The translations under genes and the position numbers were made by a program. From an uncultured delta proteobacterium (GTDB taxonomy: Bacteria; Desulfobacterota; Binatia; UBA9968), in assembly GCA_963816145.1 (NCBI GenBank), contig CAWFJP010000031.1, positions 288,001-352,000 on the forward strand: a stretch of 64,000 bases of DNA. The letters run 5' to 3'. The notes under the pieces were generated by a model, which saw only the letters and a program-made list of their open reading frames with translations, made no database searches and was not told where the DNA came from. Below are positions 30,475-39,213 of this stretch, one piece after another (position 1 is the stretch's first letter; each line of letters opens with the position of its first letter).

Positions 30475-30596
30475 CTGACTATTTAGTCGAAAGTCTCGAC
30501 GCTTTCGCCGAGCGTTCTTTGATTGGTTTATCTTGACGGTTAAAAAATCTTTCCGAACATCTAGCTTTTTCCTCTGGTCTCTCGGCGGTTTATTGC
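30475..30596 (+). promoter_or_regulatory. Tandem enhancer (30475-30511) plus degenerate sigma54 promoter CGGCGG-TTTA-TTGC (module C)
   Basis: CTGAC-TATTTA-GTCGA-AAGTC-TCGAC-GCTTTC-GCCGA; 71-bp gap; GG-N9-GC is one base short. Confidence 0.62.
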
Positions 30597-30686
30597 CACG
30601 GCGGCGAGTTCCAACCACAAATTGGTTTACTATATAAACGGGAACGGCCGTAAGGGCGCCGGTCTTGAAAACAGGGGGGGTGCTTT

Positions 30687-30938
30687 TTGCCTTTGGTTCA
30701 AATCGTATTGGTCCTGATCGTGGTGGGTATTCTCCTCGGGCTGATCAATCGCTACATACCGATGGCGGGATCTATTAAGTCGATGTGGTCAAGTAGTTCC
30801 CAATCAATCGTTGCCTATGGGCAAAGGAAGCAAGTGTTACGCGGCGAAGTACAGAAAGCGTTTGAACGGCTAGGCTACTTTCAGGATCCTGAGCCGAATA
30901 CCGTCGTTGAACTTGGGATTCGAATGAGTCCGAAGTGA
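30687..30938 (+). pseudogene. Chimeric ORF: Thivi_2564-like membrane protein N-terminus fused to the C-terminus of a 31141 paralog
   Basis: MPLVQIVLVLIVVGILLGLINRYIPMAGSIKS then WSSSSQSIVAYGQRKQVLR, matching WSSNPQLIVAYEQRREMLR of the next gene. Confidence 0.65.
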
Positions 30939-30983
30939 CATTAAGACGGCCCACCGATGAGCGGCTAGTTAACACCATTGGTT

Positions 30984-31107
30984 TCGACGATTTGGTCGAA
31001 GTGTTCGACGTCGCCGACGAGCATATCGTTTCGGCCCGTTTATCATGCAAATATTGCCTTGCAATCTCCAGCATCTTCCCCGCGTCAAGCTCTGGCACGT
31101 GTTCTGC
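30984..31107 (+). promoter_or_regulatory. Tandem enhancer (30984-31020) plus sigma54 promoter TGGCAC-GTGTT-CTGC (module D)
   Basis: TCGAC-GATTTG-GTCGA-AGTGT-TCGAC-GTCGCC-GACGA, 72-bp gap. Confidence 0.8.
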
Positions 31108-31140
31108 TCTCTGAATGGATTGGATGCAAAGGAGCTTGTT

Positions 31141-31365
31141 ATGAAGAAAATCATTGAAATCCACGGTCAGCGGGTCGAACTCTACAGCCGAGACGAGGGC
31201 CGCACCTGGTCGAGCAATCCGCAATTAATTGTCGCCTATGAGCAACGCCGGGAGATGTTGCGCTTGGAGATACAACAGAAGTTCGCACGGATAGACGATA
31301 TGCAGGCATCGAAGCGCTACGGCTCCCATGGATTCGAGATGTCAAGCCGAGTGTCTTCATGGTGA
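31141..31365 (+). CDS. Small hypothetical protein (74 aa)
   Basis: AAGGAG RBS, ATG 31141, directly downstream of module D; paralogous fragment upstream. Confidence 0.72.
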   Translation: MKKIIEIHGQRVELYSRDEGRTWSSNPQLIVAYEQRREMLRLEIQQKFARIDDMQASKRYGSHGFEMSSRVSSW

Positions 31366-32207
31366 GAAAAAAACGAGAGCGCGTGCCTTCAATGTTTTAA
31401 CCATTGCTATTGTAATTTCGGCGCAACGAGGAATCGGTCACGCAAAGATAAAAGACAACATAATGATCCCTCGGCTATATCGAACGGTGAAATGAGAGTC
31501 GCGAGGTCGTGATCATGAAAATCAATTATTTCAAAATAGCAAACCGTAGTATTGAGGTTCTCGAACAGTCGAACAAGATTAGCTATTGGCAACTCATCGC
31601 TCTTCAGAGCCGAGCTAATGGTTGTTTCTATCAGTTTGATAAACTCCCCCAGATAAGATGGAAGTGGCCGACCGGCACGTGGTTTCAAGAACGGCTGGCC
31701 AAAAATCCCGGGATGCCGTCCTTCCAGCACAGTGACCGAATAGTTACATAGCGCCGAGCAGCGACCATCGTGAAGTGCCGAGCATACGGAATCCTGGAGC
31801 CGGGACTGCGGCATTCATCGACTCGTCGACCGGCGTAGCGGGCAATCGGAAAATATTTTCGCAATTGTCCGCTTTTAGACGGGAATGCCTCTCGGGCGAG
31901 GCTATTCTCTATTCGAGAGAAACGTTACAGCACCGCCCCGAGAACTCTCGGGCGAAGGCCAAAGCCATTTACTTTACTCGTAGTCACCAAAAAAGGAGGA
32001 CGCCACTTCGAAAAGAATAGGAGTTTACCTGACGTTGAAAGCGACCGAGACAACCATCGTACAGCTCTCAAAAAGCAGAAAATTGGGATGTCGCGTCAGT
32101 GGTGGTTATGCGGGACTCTATTTCAAAGTGGCGGGTAATCCGGAGGTACATTCGGCAGTAGTAACCCGATCCGTGATTGAGGATCCGAACCATAGGGGGA
32201 GACAGAT

Positions 32208-32420
32208 ATGTGGAACAAAGATGAGATCAAAGGCAAAGGCAAGCAAATTTCTGGAGCGATCAAAGATAAGACGGGGGAATTGATCAAAAGTCCCAAGCTC
32301 GAAGCCGAAGGGGAAGCGGAACAGCTAGCGGGAAAGGTTCAGGAGAAAACCGGCAAGGCGCGCCGCAAAACCGGTGAAGCGATTGTGAAGACGGCCAAAT
32401 CGATTGCGGGCAAATTATAG
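32208..32420 (+). CDS. CsbD-family stress protein
   Basis: MWNKDEIKGKGKQISGAIKDKTGEL...LEAEGEAEQLAGKVQEKTG. Confidence 0.9.
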   Translation: MWNKDEIKGKGKQISGAIKDKTGELIKSPKLEAEGEAEQLAGKVQEKTGKARRKTGEAIVKTAKSIAGKL

Positions 32421-32535
32421 TATCGACCTCAGTTGATTATAAGAAATGGCTGGCGGCAGAGAGCGGGTTTTGTCGATCAACTCTTTGCCGCCAAGTATTA
32501 ACCCATAGAAATAAAGTCCAAAAGTAGATTATAGC

Positions 32536-32958
32536 GTGATTTATTCTGCATCGCCTTTTTCTAATTTCGCCAAGTGGACGGCACGAGCGACCGGTCATCC
32601 AGCGGCATTCATGAGCGCGGCTGCGATCATCGCGGTCTGGGGCGTCACGGGGCCGATATTTGAGTATAGCGATACCTGGCAACTGGTCATCAACACTGGC
32701 ACGACGATCATCACATTCCTGATGGTATTCTTGATTCAAAATACCCAGAACCGTGACAGCCACGCGGTGCAATTGAAACTTGACGAGCTAATTCGCGCCG
32801 TGAGCGGCGCGCACAACGCGCTACTCGATCTCGAAGGCCTTGAAGAAGCGGACTTGGAACGGTTTCGCGCGCGCTACGAAGGACTTGCGCGCGCAGCGCG
32901 CGAAGCGCTGCGTCGCGGCGAGTTGGATACCGGCACCCCCGAGGTCAAAGCGGATTAA
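32536..32958 (+). CDS. Low-affinity iron permease (Fet4-like) family protein
   Basis: SDTWQLVINTGTTIITFLMVFLIQNTQNRD...KLDELI. Confidence 0.92.
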   Translation: MIYSASPFSNFAKWTARATGHPAAFMSAAAIIAVWGVTGPIFEYSDTWQLVINTGTTIITFLMVFLIQNTQNRDSHAVQLKLDELIRAVSGAHNALLDLEGLEEADLERFRARYEGLARAAREALRRGELDTGTPEVKAD

Positions 32959-32963
32959 GTGAG

Positions 32964-33644
32964 ATGGCGATGGTGAGGCACGAGTGGTTTGGGCTGGACG
33001 TCAAGCATTGGAAGGAGATTAAGCAAATGAACCAGCTTGCGGTACAGAGCGCAGCAGTGTCTATTGACCAAATGGAAATTGGCGAACCGCGACAAGTCTT
33101 TCTTTTCAGTGGACATATGGTTGATGCTCCCGATCGGTCGCCGGCGCGCTTTCCGCCTGAGATGGAACCGCACGCGGCCGCTGCGATCGCTAAACTGCTC
33201 AATGAACTAGGCGCCGGCGCCGATGATGTGGCGATCTCAAGCGGCGCTTGCGGAAGCGATCTGCTTTTCGCCGAAGCCTGTTTGAAGCGCAACGTGCGAG
33301 TAGAGATCTACTTACCATTTGTCGAGGAGGAATTTCTCAAAAATTCCATCGATTTCGCCGGCAAACAGTGGCGGGATAGGTTTTTTGCGGTCAAAAAGCA
33401 GATCCAAGGTTGGCGCATAATGCCGCAGGAGTTGGGACCTACGCCGGCACGGGAAGATCCCTTTGCCGGCGTCAACCTGTGGATGCTCCATCAAGCGCTC
33501 GCGTATGGAACAAAAAAAGTCTGTTTCATCTGCCTCTGGGATCGCCAAGCGGGTGATGGACCGGGCGGCACGAAACACTTGCACGATGCCGTCGTTCAGG
33601 GCGGAGGAAAGGCTTATGTGCTCGATACCGCAAAGCTCTGGTAA
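32964..33644 (+). CDS. Stand-alone SLOG-like Rossmannoid domain (usually C-terminal in TPR/DUF4071 proteins)
   Basis: FLFSGHMVD.P.R...RFP, SGACGSDLLFAE, LWD...GDGPGGT; start uncertain, may be a remnant. Confidence 0.6.
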   Translation: MAMVRHEWFGLDVKHWKEIKQMNQLAVQSAAVSIDQMEIGEPRQVFLFSGHMVDAPDRSPARFPPEMEPHAAAAIAKLLNELGAGADDVAISSGACGSDLLFAEACLKRNVRVEIYLPFVEEEFLKNSIDFAGKQWRDRFFAVKKQIQGWRIMPQELGPTPAREDPFAGVNLWMLHQALAYGTKKVCFICLWDRQAGDGPGGTKHLHDAVVQGGGKAYVLDTAKLW

Positions 33645-33981
33645 TGTTCCGCAATCATCGAGCTAAAACTAAGATGGATCATTAATTGTAGGCAAGAGCG
33701 TTCTTGAATGCGCGGCAGATGTTGGTCGGTTGAGTGACGTTGATGTGCGTCTACACACCCCGCCAGCCGAGTTGGAATAGTCGGTTTCCGCAGATTGGTT
33801 GATAGATGGGTTTGAGCCTGTGATCTTTTTGAATGTCGATGACGAGTAAGTCGCACGTGACCTGGAGGTAGCCGCCGGTGAAAGCCATCTCTGAAGTTAC
33901 CGACTTAGGTCTTGGGTCGGCGTCCGAGTGAACCGCCAACGCAAGCAACCTTCGATTCGATCGCTATTCACCTGATCCGTT

Positions 33982-34105
33982 CCGACCATTTGGTCGACAG
34001 TTTCGACGCTAATGGCTAGCGGTTTCTTGATTTTCCTCTGTCAGCCTTACGAAGTGATCGAAAATAAAGACTTTTCCCCGTTGGAAGGCCTGGCACCGAT
34101 CGTGC
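33982..34105 (+). promoter_or_regulatory. Tandem enhancer (33982-34018) plus sigma54 promoter TGGCAC-CGATC-GTGC (module E)
   Basis: CCGAC-CATTTG-GTCGA-CAGTT-TCGAC-GCTAAT-GGCTA, 72-bp gap. Confidence 0.8.
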
Positions 34106-34147
34106 GCTGCTAATACGTAGAATCAACGAAACGGAAAAGGAGTGACT

Positions 34148-34228
34148 ATGGATACTTTATTGATCGTTCTCATCGTGTTGTTTGTACTCGGCGGTGGCGG
34201 TTGGGGATATTCTCGCTGGCGCCGGTAG
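34148..34228 (+). CDS. 26-aa membrane microprotein, DUF3309-like (not in ORF track)
   Basis: MDTLLIVLIVLFVLGGGGWGYSRWRR; AAGGAG RBS; first gene after module E. Confidence 0.75.
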   Translation: MDTLLIVLIVLFVLGGGGWGYSRWRR

Positions 34229-34267
34229 CACCAGCGATTAACCAGATGAAAGAAAGGAAAAACAGGC

Positions 34268-34342
34268 ATGAACAACATATTTTACATTGTCGGTGTTGTT
34301 GTGGTGGTGATCTTCGTTGCCGGGTATCTCGGTCTGAGGTAG
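34268..34342 (+). CDS. 24-aa single-TM microprotein (not in ORF track)
   Basis: MNNIFYIVGVVVVVIFVAGYLGLR; GAAAGGA RBS. Confidence 0.7.
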   Translation: MNNIFYIVGVVVVVIFVAGYLGLR

Positions 34343-34401
34343 GCCGGAGGGCCGGACTTTGGCGATGAGCTTCTTGGTTATCTGTTTAATCGCCACGGTC
34401 T

Positions 34402-34473
34402 AACTCCCCGCAGCTTACTGCAATTGTTTGATAGGTTCGAACTGACACCCCGCTGCTTGCGGCGGGGTTCTTC
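34402..34473. repeat. REP/MITE-like palindromic element remnant
   Basis: Hairpin ACCCCGCTGC-TT-GCGGCGGGGT (34447-34468) and a related half-copy CTCCCCGCAGC near 34404. Confidence 0.4.
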
Positions 34474-34478
34474 ATACC

Positions 34479-34520
34479 TGTCCAGTACCGGACGGTACTC
34501 TCTAATGAGTAAGCTAAAGT
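34479..34520 (+). promoter_or_regulatory. CRP-like dyad TGTCC-AGTACC-GGACG plus -10 TAAAGT (20-bp gap)
   Basis: Motif family member upstream of the long CsbD gene. Confidence 0.65.
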
Positions 34521-34563
34521 TAACCACTCAAAAAACCCATACTGAATGACGGAGGAATGCTCG

Positions 34564-35094
34564 ATGAACCAAGACATTTTTGCAGGGCAATGGAAGCAAA
34601 TGCGCGGCGAGTTGAAATCGTGGTGGGGCAGACTCGCCGATGACGACTTGGAACGAATCGGCGGTCACAAAGACCAGCTTATCGGTTTAGTGCAGGAGAA
34701 ATACGGTTACGCCCGCGAGCATGCCGAGCAAGAGGTGGAGCGGCACCTCAAAGAGTTTAGCGACAAAACGGATGGAGCCGTCGCCAATATGACTGCCAAG
34801 GCGCAGGAGCTTGGTACGGCTGCCGCGAACAAGGCCAACGAAGCGGCCACAGTCGTCGGCGAGAAAATCGGTTCGCTGGCGCATGTGATTCGGGAAAATG
34901 CTCCGCACGACGGACCGGTGGCAACCGCGGCGACTGTGGTAGTCGATGGGCTGGAATCTACAAGCTCTTACTTGCGCGAGAAAAAATTCGACCATCTGGC
35001 AAAAGACGTCACGGCTTTGGTCCGCAGCTATCCTGTGCGAGCGTTACTGATCGCTGTCGGCCTTGGCTATTTGCTGGGTCGGCGCCCGAGATAA
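34564..35094 (+). CDS. CsbD-domain protein with ElaB/YqjD-like C-terminal anchor
   Basis: MNQDIFAGQWKQMRG...LVQEKYG; C-terminal VRSYPVRALLIAVGLGYLLGRR; GGAGG RBS. Confidence 0.88.
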   Translation: MNQDIFAGQWKQMRGELKSWWGRLADDDLERIGGHKDQLIGLVQEKYGYAREHAEQEVERHLKEFSDKTDGAVANMTAKAQELGTAAANKANEAATVVGEKIGSLAHVIRENAPHDGPVATAATVVVDGLESTSSYLREKKFDHLAKDVTALVRSYPVRALLIAVGLGYLLGRRPR

Positions 35095-35385
35095 AGCATG
35101 GACACCGGGGGTCCAAATCCTAGAGACCGACTTACTAGCCATTACTCTGTCCTGCAATAAATGGATGCATCAACTGTAATCAAAAGTTTCAATGGCCTTT
35201 TACCGAGATACACTAACGAATTTGCCTCTGGAACGGCGGTTGACCAAAAGGCACGACTTAGACCCATGTCGGATTGCCCGCAATGCGGATGGTGATTGCG
35301 AGGTGTCGTGCCACAACCTTACCCCTACGGTAGATCGTGTGAGAGATCAGAACAGAAATATTTTCTTTGGAAAGACGCTGACACT

Positions 35386-36033
35386 ATGAAATCGTGGGCC
35401 GACTTTAAAAGTATCCTGCCCTACGCGAGTGACTTATTCGGAGTTTATCAGCCGCTACGACGCTGGAAATTTCGCATTATTGGCAATCTTTTCGACAAAT
35501 TTCGCAACGCGCTCTATCCTAACCTTGCTGAGCAGGTGCGGTCGTCGCAGCTTGCGCCGTTGCAAGGGCAACTCGAACGGGAGACAGGCGCAGAATTGGC
35601 GACCGATACCGGACGTCAAGCGCCAAGTATCAGCGACCCCAAGCCGGTTGCCTTTGTCAGCGAGGTGCCGCCCCCACTGGCACCCGCTATCGACTGCGGT
35701 ATTGCTCGGTTGTTACAACGCGATATCGGCAGCAACCCGCCGCGGGATTGGGGGCGCTTGATCACAACCGAATCGATGACGACGCGGCTGGAGAAGTTGA
35801 AAACCATTGTCGCCAAACCTGCTGAATTACAAAATTTTCCCGATATCGCTGATTACGTTCAAAGCTTCACCCAGGCGATCGCTACCAGCGATCAAGCCCA
35901 GCTCATGCAATCGATGTTCGATAAGGAAGCACGTCTCTCGGGTTTTTTGCTCTTCCTCGCACGGCACAAGCCGACTCAATTGAACGAAATATTTTTCACC
36001 GCGCCACAGGCGGATAATCGTCCGGCTGCCTGA
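35386..36033 (+). CDS. Hypothetical protein, probably the truncated N-terminus of a larger protein
   Basis: Coding-like 215-aa frame (FKSILPYASDLFGVYQPL...) with no recognisable complete domain. Confidence 0.45.
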   Translation: MKSWADFKSILPYASDLFGVYQPLRRWKFRIIGNLFDKFRNALYPNLAEQVRSSQLAPLQGQLERETGAELATDTGRQAPSISDPKPVAFVSEVPPPLAPAIDCGIARLLQRDIGSNPPRDWGRLITTESMTTRLEKLKTIVAKPAELQNFPDIADYVQSFTQAIATSDQAQLMQSMFDKEARLSGFLLFLARHKPTQLNEIFFTAPQADNRPAA

Positions 36034-36241
36034 AAATCACGGCTTGGACCGCGTGGCATTTGGGGCACGTGTGTGACGAGCCAACGTGCATTTACCGAGC
36101 TACGTCCACCCCTTTGGCACTGTAGTAAGGACGCGGATTGCTTGCGGCCGGGAATTACCCGCCAGCCTCTGAACTGATGGCGGCATGCCGCACAGTCGCC
36201 GGTAATCAATCTTTTTTAACTTACTCACCGCTGGTTCTTAT

Positions 36242-36365
36242 TCGACCTTTTGGTCGAGAGTCTCGACGCTTTTAACGAGCCATCTGTTAAATGCAACCAG
36301 CCCGCCTCAATAAGCTCTCGGAAACATGGTCTTTCCCTTGCCGTAATGTTCGGCACAGATAGTGC
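36242..36365 (+). promoter_or_regulatory. Tandem enhancer (36242-36278) plus sigma54 promoter CGGCAC-AGATA-GTGC (module F)
   Basis: TCGAC-CTTTTG-GTCGA-GAGTC-TCGAC-GCTTTT-AACGA, 72-bp gap. Confidence 0.82.
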
Positions 36366-36414
36366 TCCAGATAATTGGCGTTAGAAAACTAAATCCAAAA
36401 CTAGGAGATACACT

Positions 36415-36561
36415 ATGCGGTCGATCATTTTCGCAGGAGTTATGTTGTTGCTGTTAGGCACGAACGTGGCTTGCAACACGGTTCATGGTGTCGGGCAAGA
36501 CATCGAGCGGGCGGGCGAAAAGACTCAGGACGCGGCGGACGCCGTGAAGAAAAAATTGTAG
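36415..36561 (+). CDS. Entericidin EcnA/B-family lipoprotein (48 aa, not in ORF track)
   Basis: MRSIIFAGVMLLLLGTNVACNTVHGVGQDIERAGEKTQDAADAVKKKL; ACNT..G.G.DI..G motif; AGGAG RBS. Confidence 0.88.
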   Translation: MRSIIFAGVMLLLLGTNVACNTVHGVGQDIERAGEKTQDAADAVKKKL

Positions 36562-36657
36562 TCCGATCAAAGAAATGAAATGCACGGAGTCTTTAACTCG
36601 GGCCAGCTGGAGCAGTCATTTCGTGAATACAGGCCTAACCATATTTCTTTGCAAACT

Positions 36658-36700
36658 CGTCCAAAATTAGACAGCCAATCCTGACTTGTCAGCGTAGAGA
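36658..36700 (+). promoter_or_regulatory. CRP-like dyad CGTCC-AAAATT-AGACA plus gcgTAGAGA (21-bp gap)
   Basis: Motif family member upstream of the 36727 lipoprotein-M48 cluster. Confidence 0.68.
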
Positions 36701-36726
36701 AGGGCTCCATCGCTTATTAGGCGGAT

Positions 36727-37098
36727 ATGATGAATGTTTTCAGTCGTGCGGCAGCGGGTTTAACTATGGTCTTGGCGGTGACGGTAAGCACGGGTTGCAT
36801 GGAAAACATCGCGCTAGTGGGCAGACCTACGCTTCAATTGGATCAAGATGAGGCCAGTCCAGGTGCCAGGATGCAGACGCTTGACGGGCGAGTGGAGCAG
36901 CTGGATTTTCAGCGCCGATACTTCCAAATCCGCGATCAGTCCAGAGAACTAGTCATCGTTTCCCTTTCGTCCAACGCTGAGAGATTAGATGTGGATCGTT
37001 TCCGGGCGCTTCGAGATGGCGATTACGTACGAGTCGAAGGGAGATTTCTCGATCGACAATGATTCGAGTTGGCTACTTTCCTTCGCGACAACCGATAA
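36727..37098 (+). pseudogene. Putative lipoprotein with OB-fold-like C-terminus and a probable premature TGA
   Basis: STGC lipobox; frame continues past TGA 37060-37062 as FELATFLRDNR to TAA 37098. Confidence 0.45.
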
Positions 37099-37140
37099 CG
37101 ATTTACCATCGGCGCTGTTTAAGCCGATGAGGGAGAAACG

Positions 37141-37812
37141 ATGAGATGCCTTCGGGCTATAGCCATTTTGATCCTTGTCGCACTGCCAATCGGTTGCGCG
37201 CTGGAGACTTCATCTCGCAGGCCGGCACCACAGGAAACGCGTCCCGCCGCGAGCAGCCGACCGCTGGATGCGAGGCAGACGGAGCGAGTGCAGCGAATCA
37301 TGATGCCGTTGCTCCGCGCGACGAATAACCCGCGCCGTTTAAACGAGATCCGAGTTCGCGTTCTTGACGATCCAAACATCAACGCTGCCAATGCGGGGGA
37401 CGGCGAGTTTCAAGTGACGACCGGTCTTCTGCAAAAAGCCAACGATGAGCACCTAAGAGGGGTGCTGGCTCACGAGATTGCTCACGACGATCTTGGCCAT
37501 GTGGCCAGAGCGCAGACTTTGGGTACGGGTCTCAATATTGGCGTGATTCTACTCGAACAGCTTTTTCCGGGCAGCAGTGCGGTGACCCCGATCGCGGGCG
37601 CACTGATAGCCAATAGCTACAGCCGCTCAGAGGAACTCGAAGCGGACAGTCACGGTGTCGAGATCTTACGTCGGGCTGGTTACTCTAAAGAGGTAATGAT
37701 CGACTCGCTGACATGGCTGCTGCAGATCTCAGGAGGCGACAGTGGTGGTGGTTTCTTGTCCACTCACCCGGCGACTGAGGATAGAATCGCCGCTTTGAGA
37801 AAGTTGGCATGA
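37141..37812 (+). CDS. M48-family zinc metallopeptidase lipoprotein
   Basis: PIGC lipobox, INAAN, LAHEIAH, YSRSEELEAD, LSTHP. Confidence 0.9.
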   Translation: MRCLRAIAILILVALPIGCALETSSRRPAPQETRPAASSRPLDARQTERVQRIMMPLLRATNNPRRLNEIRVRVLDDPNINAANAGDGEFQVTTGLLQKANDEHLRGVLAHEIAHDDLGHVARAQTLGTGLNIGVILLEQLFPGSSAVTPIAGALIANSYSRSEELEADSHGVEILRRAGYSKEVMIDSLTWLLQISGGDSGGGFLSTHPATEDRIAALRKLA

Positions 37813-37913
37813 AGGGCGCGTCTTTAGTGACTGCACAACTTCTGAATGAGTAAGATGAAGGAAGAACAGGTTGGAAATAATTACGTTTCAAAAACAAGCC
37901 ATTGAGGTGATTT

Positions 37914-38225
37914 ATGGTACGGACATTCAAAAGGTTAGCAGCGACGGTGGCATTTCTATTCTTGATAGCCGGCTGCCAAGCGATGACAGGCGAGACCGCG
38001 GGGCAGAACATCGATGACGGAGTTCTCACATCATCGGTCAAAACCTCACTCGCAGGCGAGCGGGTTAACACCCTGTCACGTGTGGGAGTCGAGACCAACA
38101 ACGGCATTGTGGTCCTTACCGGCGAAGTCGAGACCGCCCAGGAGAAGTCGCGTGCTGGAACGGTTGCCTCGCAGGTAAAGGGCGTCAGACAGGTCGTCAA
38201 CAACCTGCAAGTCATCAAGCGTTAG
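37914..38225 (+). CDS. BON-domain lipoprotein (OsmY-like)
   Basis: IAGC lipobox; IDDGVLTSSVK...VETNNGIVVLTG...VKGVRQVVNNL. Confidence 0.9.
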   Translation: MVRTFKRLAATVAFLFLIAGCQAMTGETAGQNIDDGVLTSSVKTSLAGERVNTLSRVGVETNNGIVVLTGEVETAQEKSRAGTVASQVKGVRQVVNNLQVIKR

Positions 38226-38269
38226 ACGTGGCTATGAAACGCGAGCGCATTCGATCGGAGGAGAAATCT

Positions 38270-38572
38270 ATGACAAGCAATAGCGAATCCAAATCTACCC
38301 ACTTACTTATCGGCCTGGCAGTGGGAGCGATCGGCGGACTCGTCGCCGCGATCCTGGCCCATAGAGAGACCCGCGAGGCGTTGCGTGAACGCAGCGAAAA
38401 AAGCTTGGACTACCTCAATCAGCAAGCGGGCAAGCTGCGCGAGACCGCCGATGTTATCGTGCAACAGGGGAAAAAGCTCATCGCTTGCAGCGGCTCCGGC
38501 TCGGTCGATCACTCTACGGAGGCCAGTAAGCAGGCCTATCAGGAAGGCAAGCGAGAAAACTTAGGCGGCTAA
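38270..38572 (+). CDS. YtxH-like protein
   Basis: LLIGLAVGAIGGLVAAILA...ETREALRE; GGAGGAG RBS. Confidence 0.75.
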   Translation: MTSNSESKSTHLLIGLAVGAIGGLVAAILAHRETREALRERSEKSLDYLNQQAGKLRETADVIVQQGKKLIACSGSGSVDHSTEASKQAYQEGKRENLGG

Positions 38573-38614
38573 AGTATCGCCAGCCAGTTTTATAGAAGGA
38601 TAAGGACCTAAAAA

Positions 38615-38788
38615 ATGCTTTGGCTTATTTTTGCACTGCTTTTAATGATGGGCGTCGTCAGCTTTTTCACTTCGTACACGATGCTTGGCGGAGGGGTTCA
38701 GATTGTACTGATTGGCGCGCTGGGGGCGCTTGGGGTCAAGCGCATTGGTGCAGTATCGAGCCGCATTCGGCGCTATCAGGTGGATTAG
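38615..38788 (+). CDS. lmo0937-like membrane microprotein (57 aa, not in ORF track)
   Basis: MLWLIFALLLMMGVVSFFTSYTMLGGGVQIVLIGALG...; AAGGA RBS. Confidence 0.62.
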   Translation: MLWLIFALLLMMGVVSFFTSYTMLGGGVQIVLIGALGALGVKRIGAVSSRIRRYQVD

Positions 38789-38846
38789 CCATTTCGTCTC
38801 AAAGACGAAGGAATAAATACGATGCGTCTTAAATCCGATAACGCTT

Positions 38847-39053
38847 GTGGGAATCGCTCTGATCGTGCTGGGCATCGTCGCGTTCGCCTACAAGGGGATC
38901 ACCTACACAAGCCGCGAGAAGGTGATCGATATTGGCCCCATCCATGCCACCGCGGATACCCAGAAAACCATCCCGTTGTCGCCTCTTTTGGGCGGATTGG
39001 CGCTGGTCGGTGGCATTGTGTTGGTGGTGGTCGGAGCGAAGAAGTCGTCGTAA
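38847..39053 (+). CDS. DUF3185-like small membrane protein (paralog 2 of 3)
   Basis: GIALIVLGIVAFAYKGITYTSREKVIDIGPI...TIPLSPLLGG...KKSS; the RBS-linked ATG at 38822 is one base out of frame. Confidence 0.75.
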   Translation: MGIALIVLGIVAFAYKGITYTSREKVIDIGPIHATADTQKTIPLSPLLGGLALVGGIVLVVVGAKKSS

Positions 39054-39213
39054 CGGCAAGGCAGCGCCGCACCGAGGAAGTAACTGCGCGGCGAAAGCGA
39101 CCGAGGGGCGAGCTGCACTACCTTGAACGGGAAGCAGGTCGACGGGGCGAGTTGGCATTGTAGGAGTCCTGTCGCGGCGATTGGGCTAGGAATACAGATG
39201 ATCTGGAGAAATC

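Noticed and set aside
31407-31814. AT-richer ORFs on both strands (135 aa minus, 80 aa plus)
   Set aside because: No RBS/family support for either frame; left unannotated.
32515-32530. AGTCC-AAAAGT-AGATT as an eleventh CRP-like site
   Set aside because: Both half-sites deviate, it abuts the start codon, and there is no -10-like hexamer at 21 bp.
37805-37819. TGGCAT-GAAGG-GCGC as a sigma54 promoter for the BON gene
   Set aside because: Poor -12 element, overlaps the M48 stop codon, and no enhancer at the 72-bp position.
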